Below are positions 30,201-40,127 of a DNA stretch of 64,000 nt, in pieces (the stretch's first letter is position 1; every line of letters begins with the position of its first letter). The DNA is from a virus (lineage: Duplodnaviria > Caudoviricetes). The translations under genes were made by a program, and so were the position numbers. The stretch spans positions 320,001 through 384,000 of the IMG/VR virus record IMGVR_UViG_3300011989_000257; one strand, given 5' to 3'. Under the pieces are notes generated by a model. It searched no databases and was not told where the DNA came from. It saw nothing but the letters and a program-made list of their open reading frames with translations.

Positions 30201-30239
30201 GAAATCGTTTTCAGTAAGTCTTACTTTATATTTTAACAT
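27195..30239 (-). CDS. Putative virion structural protein
   Basis: 1014-aa ORF overlapping both neighbours in the baseplate operon. Confidence 0.55.
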   Translation of the reverse strand: MLKYKVRLTENDFKDNNIIWREKYVAPDLSFISGVTDSSYHLEKHDTISVISPLTNNNSVLSVECEVVTRLGYVIVRGKKYRIKTFNGNDYVELNGRFFYKNNGKFTIKDWQCEVFARNENGKYVPKIVEKTVEPTIDGNFIKLDTVYWIEDGYVTIDGNKYIFDKDEQQPNGTKGCIKYTDKGTNITALGDIDCIPYDDVSLIHDVCKFKAYSIPFVQYKPKSIKYCEKFFYTKHGEDYCPVIPSSSKYVCQVPSENDPSVITNYNVSAYTDDDTSIIEITTNDAQDINDLDKFKAFIKINDDAYEILGDYRETSASRFIMVMLENQGATINVGDEITFVYTLNGDESYIDLEDNAILYDGNRYDAEANLFDKAVINGNEYDITYDDFNSNIAYVNIEDEQVPMKKNGNKLERYGLVMVSGDVPTNESYDINSYSGVTIEGNRYIIRDNVAELTIPRKIKFVVDEIKGNSLFICEASISPNEYSSGTIHTMQTELASEIIANQDGYSLQINNNVFGSKPISRQSIFSSVSGAISSDDAYNIFDNLEIENKNGYVNIPINLNVNVANNLLQSEIIQKDFCEKEKEKAINRIVDLEKDVYTPKIMLNANYSGSTTDFTPVHTINVNLHFRTRNIDNWKVNEDYNDISLSGFSNWFITDFEPYRSMIASVSGIPETKKDERKDKYERMISSSDLLGLMYFNNNDVFYQKSRIAKSFLRFSYYDSTDPQTQSLLATSTVFMDEHKLFKRYIDNSRKGMNTYISFSTDELSGCVETSRINVTSERLRNEKTEKGDEINFIKIGETGKEKYISIKDDDKRIDSRFVIDNKYTTDTSSEGFYIYMFREYAEKLHPKPIYMKIEFNHAGIGKTIPFIVPMKWTSGITENDESNEITVTENGFEVDETSSASSSNTEYYEVYPERMLTLSANTSSGMTDLEILKMGIPLSWVYAQAYIPLYAVYDFKNKEYGYVFDNRYVMIKDNVVTLNLFEAKIMNDTDPNSNYGTAVINYKFEGNEENI

Positions 30240-33200
30240 ACTATATCTTTTTCTTTAACATAATTATTCTCATTCTCAATCTTTGCTTCCCTTCCAAGAA
30301 TATCATCATCGGAATAAAGTCCATATAAGTCATACGGGTCTTGTCTCTTTAGATATAAGTTGACTCTCTTATTGATGTAAAATGCCCCATTTGTGAAAGG
30401 ATACTCTTCAATTGTCTTATCAGAAGGATTCATACCATTGTTTATTATATCACGCCATATGAATCTGCATGTGCCATCCCTAAGAATATGGGCATAAGAA
30501 GGTATGTTCAGATTATCTATCTTAAACAGTCTATACCTTAACAGATTATCAGATGATGCGAATAAATCAGGTATTCTATCTGTCTTATTGCCTTCCTCAT
30601 CATAGATGTTACATACAAATACCTTATCGTTGTCACCACTTATAGTCACACAGTAATATAGCTCATCAGTCTCAGTATCATATATCATCGCCTTGTCACC
30701 AACCCCTAGGAAATGTTTTTCTAATACTGTTATCCTAGTTCCATTTGATGTATTTACCAAAGACCTTATATTAAGGAACATTGGCATTACAGAATTGATG
30801 GTACTGAATGTTTTTATTGGTATCTCATAGTGAGGTACATAATAATATCCCTCATTGTGATTATTGACATCTTTTTCAGTATTTGTTTTTATTTCATATT
30901 TATCATTTTTGTCGTAATCATCATTTTTAATCTCATCATAGATATATGTGTTAAAATATTCTGTCGATTCTGATTTATTCGATTCCCTCTGTGCGGTGTT
31001 GAATCTATGCAACATTGGTTGTATATGCCTCTCAACAGCATTGAATGCATCATAATAGGACAAATCACCGTAATAACTTGTATCATAGTCATACCAGATT
31101 TCTTGAGCATCTATATGATATATATCTTTATCATCATAACCCCATTCTCTTTCGCCATTGATTAAACTACAATCATACCCAATATTCATACCATTATTAT
31201 TTATCGACTTTATATTCAGTATCCTGTAATCTCTAGCAGATTCTTCGCAACAATCAAATGCACAAGTAATCTTCCCAAAACAATGTGAATACTCTATACT
31301 ATCTCCACTAACCTCACTGACATCCCAAGTATCTGCACTATTTGTAAAGCCATACCATTGTTTATACCCCTTATTGTTCTTAACCAATGTCAAATATACT
31401 GAAGATAATGGTCTTCCTAGATTATCTTTAAGATTTGATATATCTATATCATCTGTATAGACAATCTCTCCTATATCATCTGAATATATGTTCTTTGCAA
31501 AAGCTAGTCTTGATACATGGCTCTCAAAATCATATTTAGGGTCTTGATATTCCTTCAACAACCCGTTATCCTCACCATATAGGTCATATTCTGAAGTACC
31601 ACCACTTGCAAACTTGAAATTAGGGACTCTTGAGAAAATCCTGACATAATATTCGCATTCAATGCCATTCACTACCTTTTTGAATGATATGTTTTGAGCA
31701 TTTTTATCAAAATTGACATACCCATTATACCCCCTTCTTTTATTGACAATATAATATCTTTCTATAACCCCATCATCGTCATTGAACTCATAGAAGAAAT
31801 CCTTTGTCTCATCATCCAATACATATAGTGTACTTGCACTGTCACCACTTATAGTAATACCACTTATGATGTCATCATTTGACACTTCAACCCATGTATC
31901 ACTTATCTGGACATCAGCACCAAATAACGTGAAAATGTAATCATCTACGATTTCATCTACCTTTGCATTCTCAATTATCCTTTCAGTAATGGTCTCGCCA
32001 CTCTCTTCATATGTCTTATATATATTTACATAATCACCTTTGGATAAACCATGCTTCGCAATACTGTACATAACCAATTGCGCAGTGCCATTATCAGACC
32101 TAGTATTCTCATCGAAATACATCACTTTCAATGAATTAACGCCATTGTTAGTCTCTATGATATCATCAAACCCATTTGTAGTAGATGAACTTGGATATGT
32201 TATGCAATAGTTCCAGTTTTTTTCTATCCTATGTTTGAAATTGTTCCACTTCGGTACAAATGAATATAAATCACGACTTGGATACATGTCAACGAAATCG
32301 CCACCATTCATATACATTAATGGTCTTTCCAAACCCAAAGAGGAATTAGTATCAAAATCAAAATACGATTTTATCTTAGAAGAATTGATAAATCCAAACC
32401 ACCCATTATATTTCTCGATAAGTTTGTTTTCTACTGCTTCGTCAAAGGTATATATGTCATCATATTCGTATAAGTGCCTCATTATCAGTTTAGCATTACC
32501 ATCAACTTGAGCGCTTACTGGGAAATACATCTTCTCAATTACCTTATTACCATCAACATCACGCATTACGTCAGCAATTGTATTGAATGCAGTGTACTCT
32601 TCACTACCTTCATCACTTTCTCTTTTACTTACTGGTTTGAATGTCTTACTTCTTATTAAATGATTATTGAATATATCCAATCCACAATGATATACGAAAT
32701 GGCTACCTTTACTGTCATCCTTAGATAATTGCATATCCCTAATAGCATTTGCACAAGATATGCCACTTGAATCACCAAAAGGCTTTGTAGTACCGTCAGT
32801 TTCGCTTAAAGTTATCACAGCTTCTGATAAAGGGGTTTCATATGATAGTGATTCAATCATGCTAGTATATTGTGATGTATTACCACTCCAAAATTCCATC
32901 GTCTTTGGCTTGTATTTCACATTATCAAATATACAATAACTAGATGCATTGTCTTCTCCACAAGCGCTAGCCTCAGTGTTACTAAAGCCATAATTAAGCA
33001 TTGTAAGCCCACTACTCCCCTCATCCTTTACAATCTCAGTCACACGGTTAAAAAGCACGTTAGAACAAACAGGATTCACTTGACATGTAAGTCTTATTAT
33101 GTTACATGCCTCTCTTTCCTTTGAATATTGGTCATATGCACTTATTACATATGACATGTCAGTGGATGGTAAAAGCCTTCTTTTACCACCCAAAGCCACG

Positions 33201-33268
33201 TTTAAACCACTTGTATTGCTGACAGATTTCTTACTGCCGAATTCATTAAGAAAAATTTGAGTATCCAT
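30233..33268 (-). CDS. Putative virion structural protein
   Basis: 1011-aa ORF in the baseplate operon; ends YPFTNG.FY...KRQDP. Confidence 0.55.
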   Translation of the reverse strand: MDTQIFLNEFGSKKSVSNTSGLNVALGGKRRLLPSTDMSYVISAYDQYSKEREACNIIRLTCQVNPVCSNVLFNRVTEIVKDEGSSGLTMLNYGFSNTEASACGEDNASSYCIFDNVKYKPKTMEFWSGNTSQYTSMIESLSYETPLSEAVITLSETDGTTKPFGDSSGISCANAIRDMQLSKDDSKGSHFVYHCGLDIFNNHLIRSKTFKPVSKRESDEGSEEYTAFNTIADVMRDVDGNKVIEKMYFPVSAQVDGNAKLIMRHLYEYDDIYTFDEAVENKLIEKYNGWFGFINSSKIKSYFDFDTNSSLGLERPLMYMNGGDFVDMYPSRDLYSFVPKWNNFKHRIEKNWNYCITYPSSSTTNGFDDIIETNNGVNSLKVMYFDENTRSDNGTAQLVMYSIAKHGLSKGDYVNIYKTYEESGETITERIIENAKVDEIVDDYIFTLFGADVQISDTWVEVSNDDIISGITISGDSASTLYVLDDETKDFFYEFNDDDGVIERYYIVNKRRGYNGYVNFDKNAQNISFKKVVNGIECEYYVRIFSRVPNFKFASGGTSEYDLYGEDNGLLKEYQDPKYDFESHVSRLAFAKNIYSDDIGEIVYTDDIDISNLKDNLGRPLSSVYLTLVKNNKGYKQWYGFTNSADTWDVSEVSGDSIEYSHCFGKITCAFDCCEESARDYRILNIKSINNNGMNIGYDCSLINGEREWGYDDKDIYHIDAQEIWYDYDTSYYGDLSYYDAFNAVERHIQPMLHRFNTAQRESNKSESTEYFNTYIYDEIKNDDYDKNDKYEIKTNTEKDVNNHNEGYYYVPHYEIPIKTFSTINSVMPMFLNIRSLVNTSNGTRITVLEKHFLGVGDKAMIYDTETDELYYCVTISGDNDKVFVCNIYDEEGNKTDRIPDLFASSDNLLRYRLFKIDNLNIPSYAHILRDGTCRFIWRDIINNGMNPSDKTIEEYPFTNGAFYINKRVNLYLKRQDPYDLYGLYSDDDILGREAKIENENNYVKEKDIVC

Positions 33269-33272
33269 TTAA

Positions 33273-36200
33273 TTAAATTATAATCTGTGCTTCTGTTATT
33301 GTAAAATGGTCTTTTTCGGGTAATTCTTTACTATTGCCACTAAGCATAAAAGGTCCGATTTTATAAGAGAAACCAGAACTTGTTTTTGCCATTAAATAGC
33401 ATCTCCATTGCTTTCCACTATCTAACAATGTGCCCATTTCTGGAGTCCATTTTCCGCTTATACGTACTATCATTGAATTATCATTCTCGCTTTCACCACT
33501 AACTTGGCATCCAACTTGATACTGAGTTGTGTAATCATCAAACACCAATGTGAATGACATGCTATCAAAACTAGCAAATGCTTGATTTGCAATACTAGTT
33601 GGATTTCCGTTAGCAGCATCAACCTTAATTTCAAATGCTGTAGTTTGAATGTATTGAATTTCTTCAGTGCCACCGCTTAACTTCATATCCTTTGCCTCAA
33701 CATAGCTCAATGGGGCGCTTTCTGTTCCACTAACAAATTTCATTAATATATCCCTAGCATCGAATAGTTCACTTGTTTCAATCGTTCTAACTTTTTTAGT
33801 TAATCTACTATTAGAGTTATCAACACAATATTTATCAACTAATATTGAGAATACCTTTACGTCATCTAAGTTAATACTAGTTCTAAATGCAATTTTATCA
33901 AAATTGTCATTATCTGTTGTGATAAATGATTCGCTGCTTTCTTCCCAAAATGACGAGAAATCATCAAGTATCTTTTGGTCATTCGCACCTATTAAAGAAT
34001 TAGTTTCAATGGATATTCCATCTGGCAATATGACATCTCTTAAATCAATGCCAAATAAATACAAATAAAACCCACCATCAAATTTATATAAAGTAACATC
34101 ATTAATTGCTTCATCAACTGTTTTACTAGCCTTTATTTCTCCAGTTGGTGTTGCTGTTTTAAAGTATGTTATGCCATCAACGCCATCAATGTATGGCAAC
34201 ACTTTAATTACCCTTGGAAGTGCTGTATATACGTCAAACTCATCAGATATAGTTTTATTTAAAGTGAAATAAAGATTAGCAACGGATGCATTAAATCTAG
34301 TATAATCACTTCCATTTTCACCTAAAGAATATTCCACATTGCCAACATCATTTTTCTCACTTGGGTATTGCATAAATCTTATAGGATTCTCAAATGATAA
34401 GTCAACATCAATTCCTTCTCCTTCCTTTGCTTCAGCAGTTATTGTACTGTCTTCATTGATTACGCTTCTCACACCGCCATATGAGCATGGGGTAATTGTC
34501 ATCGAATAACTACCCATAGGTAATATGTTACATATATCTACATATCTTCTAGTTGGGTATTTATTGGACATAACTGCATCATCCCTATTAAAGTCACCAT
34601 TATAATAACTTGCTTGGCCACTTGGGTATAAAAATACATAAGGCGTATATCCGCTAGAATCATATGATGGCTGTCCACTAGCAACATATTTACTTAGCCT
34701 ATTCTTGTTGAATGTTGACCAGAAATAATCCCTAATGTCAACACCAAGCAACGATGCTTCATAGAAACGCTTGTTCATGGTTTCTCCATCTGTAGGTGTA
34801 TACCCACTTGCAAGGTCTCTCTCCCAAAATACATCAGTTGGCTCATTATAAATCGTTATGGCATCCGTTTCACCACTTGATATGCTATAACTATACTCCA
34901 AGAATGTATTTGCAGAAGCACTGATAATATCAGTTGTTGCGGAATCAACGATAGTTTCAGCACTGATTATGTTATAATCCTCATCATATGACATCTCGAT
35001 ACCATTGTAGAATGTTCCAAATACACGAGCAGACTTCCAAAGTTTGTCCATATCTTTACTTTCATCATTATGTTCGTATAGATTGAACTTAGTGCCAACA
35101 GCTGGACCGATGAATGTCAAATCATAGTCAAGCCTCCTATCAACTGTCAATGCTCTAAGATATGGCTGTGATTTTTTGCCTTCGTCTTTGTCATATGCAT
35201 ATGGAAATGAAGTAATACTACCTTTCTCTTGCTTCCCTTTTGGCTTAGTATTTTCGTTAACATTAACAAGGGCATAACTTGGACTCTTTATAACCACCTC
35301 TTTAGGGTCAATTTCTTTTTTGTTTATATAGCCACCGTCATTGGTGAATGCTGCAAAGTAGTTACCTAATTTATCTGTATTATTATAAAAATCATTAAAC
35401 GTTGGTATGCCACTTCGTGCTTCATCATCTCCATATATAGCATAGTTATTACCAATGATATTTGGCAGTTGTCTAGTAACCGTAACATAATTGGTGTCAC
35501 CAAAGACATATTGGGAATTAGCAGTCCTAGAGTTCCCATAGTAAGGGGTAACACTTCTGTACAATGTAGGTTGTACACCACCGACAGAAGTGTATCTGAA
35601 CTCTCCAGATACATATACTGCATTTGATAAACTAAACATCTTATCAAACTTATAATCAATAATGCTCAGTTTCGCAACTGGGTCTGTAATTCTTCTTCCA
35701 CCAAATTTAATGAAATCCTCCCATATTATCTCATTTTCTGAAACTGTATCATTAAATCTATACGTATCTTCTTGATGTACACCAAACCATCCTCTAACAC
35801 CTTCATCAGTTGCATTACTAACATGTTCACTTCTGTAAAAATAATTACCATTCGCAATAGAAGCATGTGAATCATCATTATTAGTGCCAAGCATGAATCT
35901 AGTAGGCATTGTATTTAAGAATGTATTGAAATTCTCGCCATTTGGGACTTTTACAATTTCTGATGTCTTATTCTCCTCTAGTTCAGTACATGTTTCTGCC
36001 TCACCACTTTCAGCACAGCATTGTTTTAATTCCATCATATACCTCTTTGGCTTATATACATTGAATTGTATGTAGGAACGTTGATTTTCCCCTTCTCCTT
36101 CTGTTTTTACACTCACTCTAGGTTCATCTGGTTCTCCGCATAAGCATTCCTTTATCTCATCGTAGCGTTCAGCCTCAATGGTACTGAAATGAAGATAAAC

Positions 36201-39200
36201 TGTTCCACCACTTATCTTACCATTGGTTGATTTCAAGCCTGAGATTTCAAATACATATTCACCTTCATCACTTGTTTCTCCTGATTCAAAGCTAGTGGTA
36301 CTAGAAATTGGACAATCCATACCATCGATTACAATGTCATCGATTTCAATCCTTCCATAGAATTCATTATCTTCATCGCATATATATTCCTTTGGAGAAT
36401 TGGCTACATCATAAAATTTAGTGCCAAGTTTATAGGATGCATAATTCAAAGAAAGAGTTGGCATACTAAGTTCAATTCTTCTGTTAACCTTCTTACCGTT
36501 ATCATCCATTACAACCAAGTTATACGTTTGATTGGTAAGACCAGAAAGTCCGTACTCATTCTCAACTATCACACCATCTTGGTATTTAACTTTACCATCA
36601 CCATCATTACTAACATCACCAATAGTAAACGTTAATGCTGTCATATTGGTTTCACCTATAACAACTTCGCCATACGAGTCATATAATGTATATGAATAAG
36701 GGATTTGTATATCATCAAGTTCTACCTTTATATATCCATAAGAATCTGTGATGCTAGAATATGCTGTAGGGCAGTATGACTTGCCCTTAGTATCAAGGTT
36801 AAGCGAGAATGGTTCAATTTCGTTGCCAACACAATCTGCCATGTATAGGTTATTGAACTTATCAATTGCGGTATTTCCTTTGTTTATGCCAAAATAGAAA
36901 TAGAATGAATTGTTATACAAAGGAAAGTGGAAAGCATCTCCCTCTTTATAGTAGAAATGCCTGTATCTTCCATGAGCACCTTCTTTATCGCCACCAAGCC
37001 TAAATGTTAGATACGCTTGGTCTTGCTCATCATACATTGCTTGTTCAAACCCATTCTGGTATCTCTTCATTATCTCATCCATTCTGCCATCAAAGTCTGT
37101 TGGATAAATGAACCTGAACTTAGGAACAAGATATGTTGTATTCTCATCTTCAACTTGTGTTGTATATCCGCTTATACTATCTTGATATGCTTGCGGCACA
37201 AAACCAATGTGATTTAACGTTGCGAACATTGCACGATTATCCATATCATCAAGTTCATACTTGGTGATAAAACCGTCAGCCTCGATTACACCTCTTTGTA
37301 TATTATTGCCATTCCTTGAATAAGACATATTGTATGTCATGTCAAGGTTAACACCTAATTCACTAAGTCTCTCCACGTTAATGCAAGACTTTAGTTTTGT
37401 GTCTGCGTATGTACAAGCAAGGTCTAAGAGTAGACCACTTCCATAAGTAGGTACTGCCTCATCTCCACCTCTACGCCAAACCATACCATTAGTAATGGTT
37501 GTACCGCTATCTTCACTTTGTGTAGAATCGTATTTGTTGTTTTCTACCTTCTTATCTTCATCCTCTAGACTTTCTTCTATTGAGGCAATTGGTGGTATAT
37601 TTGCTGTTGTTGATGGCAATACTTTAAAGAACTGAGGTATACCATACAGATTGTCCTCATTCAAGTTACCCAATAGTATTATGTCAGTCGCATATAGTCT
37701 TATCACAAAGAAACCTTCTTTACGAGTTTCAATTGGTTCATAATAGTTATCATCAGTAGGCTGCATCGCAACATAATAATATGCAGTCAAGCCATCCTTA
37801 TTGGTAACACCCTTGATAAGACCATTTGGAAAACGGACACCACCAGACCTACTTCTATGCCATCTATCTTCTTCAGAACTACTAGCAGATGATTCAACAG
37901 TCAAGTTTTCATCTTCATATGGGATATCGCAAGTGAAATATGTCTTAAGCCTACTGTATGTCCTATCACAATCGCAAAACTCATTCTTTGCGCTACTGCT
38001 GAACAAACCAAACAAGAATGTCTTCTTTTTTCTTTTTCTCCAATACCATAGCGGCATGTAAAGGCAACCATTCACCCAATCTTGATGGAAATCCAATTTA
38101 ACCACATTATATTGGAGTGCTAGATTTTCTTGGATGATGTCTAGTAATTCGCCCATATTCTCACTCTTCCTACAGTTTGGTACTTCTGGGTCACAATCAG
38201 CGGCATCTTTTCCCTTACCACAATAACACCCAGGAAGATACATTACATTGCCTTCAGTTAAGCCAGCTGCCAATTGAACACAAGCAATATATGGTATATC
38301 TGGAATCCATTTAAACAAATACTTAATAGGCCAAGGCTTCTTTAATAATCCAAACACATTGTTAATCAATTGAATCATTGCATTCAATGGGCAAATCAAC
38401 GTTGCATTTATAAATGCTATGATAACCATTACTATAGTGAATAGGATGCACACAATCATATACATAAATGGTATTTCAATCTGCATCTTATTGAATGGTA
38501 TAGGATTTTGGTTATCAGTGATATTACTCCCTTTCAATGAGCCATAGTTAGGTGAATATGGTCTATGTGCCACTTGTACCTTTGGTATATAGTTCTTTAC
38601 AGAATATACATTATTCCAATAAAGGTCACGGAAACAACTTTGTGGTGTATTTGAACCGAAGTTATACAAACGTTCAAAATTAGCGCCATCAAGTAATGAC
38701 TTTGGCTTCATTTCATCTTCCTTTATAGGAGGATTCATTGGTACAAGGTATTTTGCTGTATGACGAGATACACCTTCATCACCAGTTTCTGTTTTACTGA
38801 ATCTAAACCTTACTTGTGTCCTTGTAGGGATACCCTTATTTGGGTTATCTGTTGGTATTATGTTACCGTATTCATCAGTACCTATATAATCTAGGTTCAT
38901 TGGAATCTGATAGCACCACACGCCATCACTGTCAATAAGCCTATTTCCTTGAATCTGGTATTCTTCAACAAGTCCATCAACAGTTTTACGAATCATCTCA
39001 ATTGTGCCTTCTCCAGCAACCAATTGATTGTTCATGCCGTTTTCTTCAGATGGGGCACATTTATGCCCTATTGCATTAGCCTCATTGTCAGATATGATTG
39101 CACCCATGAATATACAAGTTGGTTCAAATTTATAATCAACTTGCACATCGCATCTCGTAATCGATGCAATACCATTCTCAATATCACCCCAGAATGGATA

Positions 39201-39857
39201 AACAAATACGCTCTTATTCTGTGATATTATCTGCCTCAGATTATCAAGGTTAGTGCTAGACTTAAATTGATTTGCATTATCGAATTCAGTCATATTATAT
39301 CCTTTATATAGGAAATCACGAGGTTTTTGGGATAATATACCAATGTCCGAAAGGTCAATATCAGTGTGAATCTGTTGAGAACCCGTTGGGATGCCAAATA
39401 TCATGTAATCACCCGCATTGTTGGTAACTGTAGTATATTTCCAATATTTCTCATATACCTCAAGATATGTATCATCATCCAATAATAATCTCTTATTAGG
39501 GAATGTTCCAACAATTCTATAACATTCGTCATCACTATAATCTGGCAACAAATTATATCTTATGTTTTTCCTATCCTTTGTTGTGACATCATTATAAGGA
39601 TATATATTCTCAATTTCGGTGGTATCACTGTTATCTCTCTCGATGAATATGGAAACCTTTGCATTAGGAATACCAAATGCATCATTAGCAAGAACCCTTC
39701 CAACTATAACGCCATAGTTGGAAGAGTGTATCTTATAAGCATCCTTCTGGGCAAGTTTCAATGACAACACTTCAAGAAACTCAAAGTCTTGTTTCATATT
39801 AACATTGAGAACTGTATCCTTAGATATATTAGTATGTATTCTGTATGATTTATCCAT
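33273..39857 (-). CDS. Very large tail/baseplate protein with an internal hydrophobic segment
   Basis: 2194 aa; N-terminal carboxypeptidase-regulatory-like pattern (YGVIVGRV..GIPNAKVS); hydrophobic stretch FMYMIVCILFTIVMVIIAFINATLICPL. Confidence 0.6.
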   Translation of the reverse strand: MDKSYRIHTNISKDTVLNVNMKQDFEFLEVLSLKLAQKDAYKIHSSNYGVIVGRVLANDAFGIPNAKVSIFIERDNSDTTEIENIYPYNDVTTKDRKNIRYNLLPDYSDDECYRIVGTFPNKRLLLDDDTYLEVYEKYWKYTTVTNNAGDYMIFGIPTGSQQIHTDIDLSDIGILSQKPRDFLYKGYNMTEFDNANQFKSSTNLDNLRQIISQNKSVFVYPFWGDIENGIASITRCDVQVDYKFEPTCIFMGAIISDNEANAIGHKCAPSEENGMNNQLVAGEGTIEMIRKTVDGLVEEYQIQGNRLIDSDGVWCYQIPMNLDYIGTDEYGNIIPTDNPNKGIPTRTQVRFRFSKTETGDEGVSRHTAKYLVPMNPPIKEDEMKPKSLLDGANFERLYNFGSNTPQSCFRDLYWNNVYSVKNYIPKVQVAHRPYSPNYGSLKGSNITDNQNPIPFNKMQIEIPFMYMIVCILFTIVMVIIAFINATLICPLNAMIQLINNVFGLLKKPWPIKYLFKWIPDIPYIACVQLAAGLTEGNVMYLPGCYCGKGKDAADCDPEVPNCRKSENMGELLDIIQENLALQYNVVKLDFHQDWVNGCLYMPLWYWRKRKKKTFLFGLFSSSAKNEFCDCDRTYSRLKTYFTCDIPYEDENLTVESSASSSEEDRWHRSRSGGVRFPNGLIKGVTNKDGLTAYYYVAMQPTDDNYYEPIETRKEGFFVIRLYATDIILLGNLNEDNLYGIPQFFKVLPSTTANIPPIASIEESLEDEDKKVENNKYDSTQSEDSGTTITNGMVWRRGGDEAVPTYGSGLLLDLACTYADTKLKSCINVERLSELGVNLDMTYNMSYSRNGNNIQRGVIEADGFITKYELDDMDNRAMFATLNHIGFVPQAYQDSISGYTTQVEDENTTYLVPKFRFIYPTDFDGRMDEIMKRYQNGFEQAMYDEQDQAYLTFRLGGDKEGAHGRYRHFYYKEGDAFHFPLYNNSFYFYFGINKGNTAIDKFNNLYMADCVGNEIEPFSLNLDTKGKSYCPTAYSSITDSYGYIKVELDDIQIPYSYTLYDSYGEVVIGETNMTALTFTIGDVSNDGDGKVKYQDGVIVENEYGLSGLTNQTYNLVVMDDNGKKVNRRIELSMPTLSLNYASYKLGTKFYDVANSPKEYICDEDNEFYGRIEIDDIVIDGMDCPISSTTSFESGETSDEGEYVFEISGLKSTNGKISGGTVYLHFSTIEAERYDEIKECLCGEPDEPRVSVKTEGEGENQRSYIQFNVYKPKRYMMELKQCCAESGEAETCTELEENKTSEIVKVPNGENFNTFLNTMPTRFMLGTNNDDSHASIANGNYFYRSEHVSNATDEGVRGWFGVHQEDTYRFNDTVSENEIIWEDFIKFGGRRITDPVAKLSIIDYKFDKMFSLSNAVYVSGEFRYTSVGGVQPTLYRSVTPYYGNSRTANSQYVFGDTNYVTVTRQLPNIIGNNYAIYGDDEARSGIPTFNDFYNNTDKLGNYFAAFTNDGGYINKKEIDPKEVVIKSPSYALVNVNENTKPKGKQEKGSITSFPYAYDKDEGKKSQPYLRALTVDRRLDYDLTFIGPAVGTKFNLYEHNDESKDMDKLWKSARVFGTFYNGIEMSYDEDYNIISAETIVDSATTDIISASANTFLEYSYSISSGETDAITIYNEPTDVFWERDLASGYTPTDGETMNKRFYEASLLGVDIRDYFWSTFNKNRLSKYVASGQPSYDSSGYTPYVFLYPSGQASYYNGDFNRDDAVMSNKYPTRRYVDICNILPMGSYSMTITPCSYGGVRSVINEDSTITAEAKEGEGIDVDLSFENPIRFMQYPSEKNDVGNVEYSLGENGSDYTRFNASVANLYFTLNKTISDEFDVYTALPRVIKVLPYIDGVDGITYFKTATPTGEIKASKTVDEAINDVTLYKFDGGFYLYLFGIDLRDVILPDGISIETNSLIGANDQKILDDFSSFWEESSESFITTDNDNFDKIAFRTSINLDDVKVFSILVDKYCVDNSNSRLTKKVRTIETSELFDARDILMKFVSGTESAPLSYVEAKDMKLSGGTEEIQYIQTTAFEIKVDAANGNPTSIANQAFASFDSMSFTLVFDDYTTQYQVGCQVSGESENDNSMIVRISGKWTPEMGTLLDSGKQWRCYLMAKTSSGFSYKIGPFMLSGNSKELPEKDHFTITEAQIII

Positions 39858-39864
39858 AAATTAC

Positions 39865-40107
39865 CTATTTCTTTCTCATATATTTTGACATGAACTCTGG
39901 TAATACAATTGGTTCACTATTTTTGAAAATCATTTTATATAATGCAATTATAATTATGGTAGGAGCTACTACCATTGTGATTAATATTGCAAACGTAAAA
40001 ATCATTATTCTATATGATAATCTAAACCCCTTTTCTAACGTGGTCTCTTCTTGAGGAACACCATATTTGTCCTCAATTTCAATCTTTTTCTTACAATTAC
40101 ATGCCAT
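39865..40107 (-). CDS. Small membrane protein with N-terminal MACNCK
   Basis: Hydrophobic IMIFTFAILITMVVAPTIIIIALY. Confidence 0.7.
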   Translation of the reverse strand: MACNCKKKIEIEDKYGVPQEETTLEKGFRLSYRIMIFTFAILITMVVAPTIIIIALYKMIFKNSEPIVLPEFMSKYMRKK

Positions 40108-40127
40108 AACACTATTTTCGTTAACAA

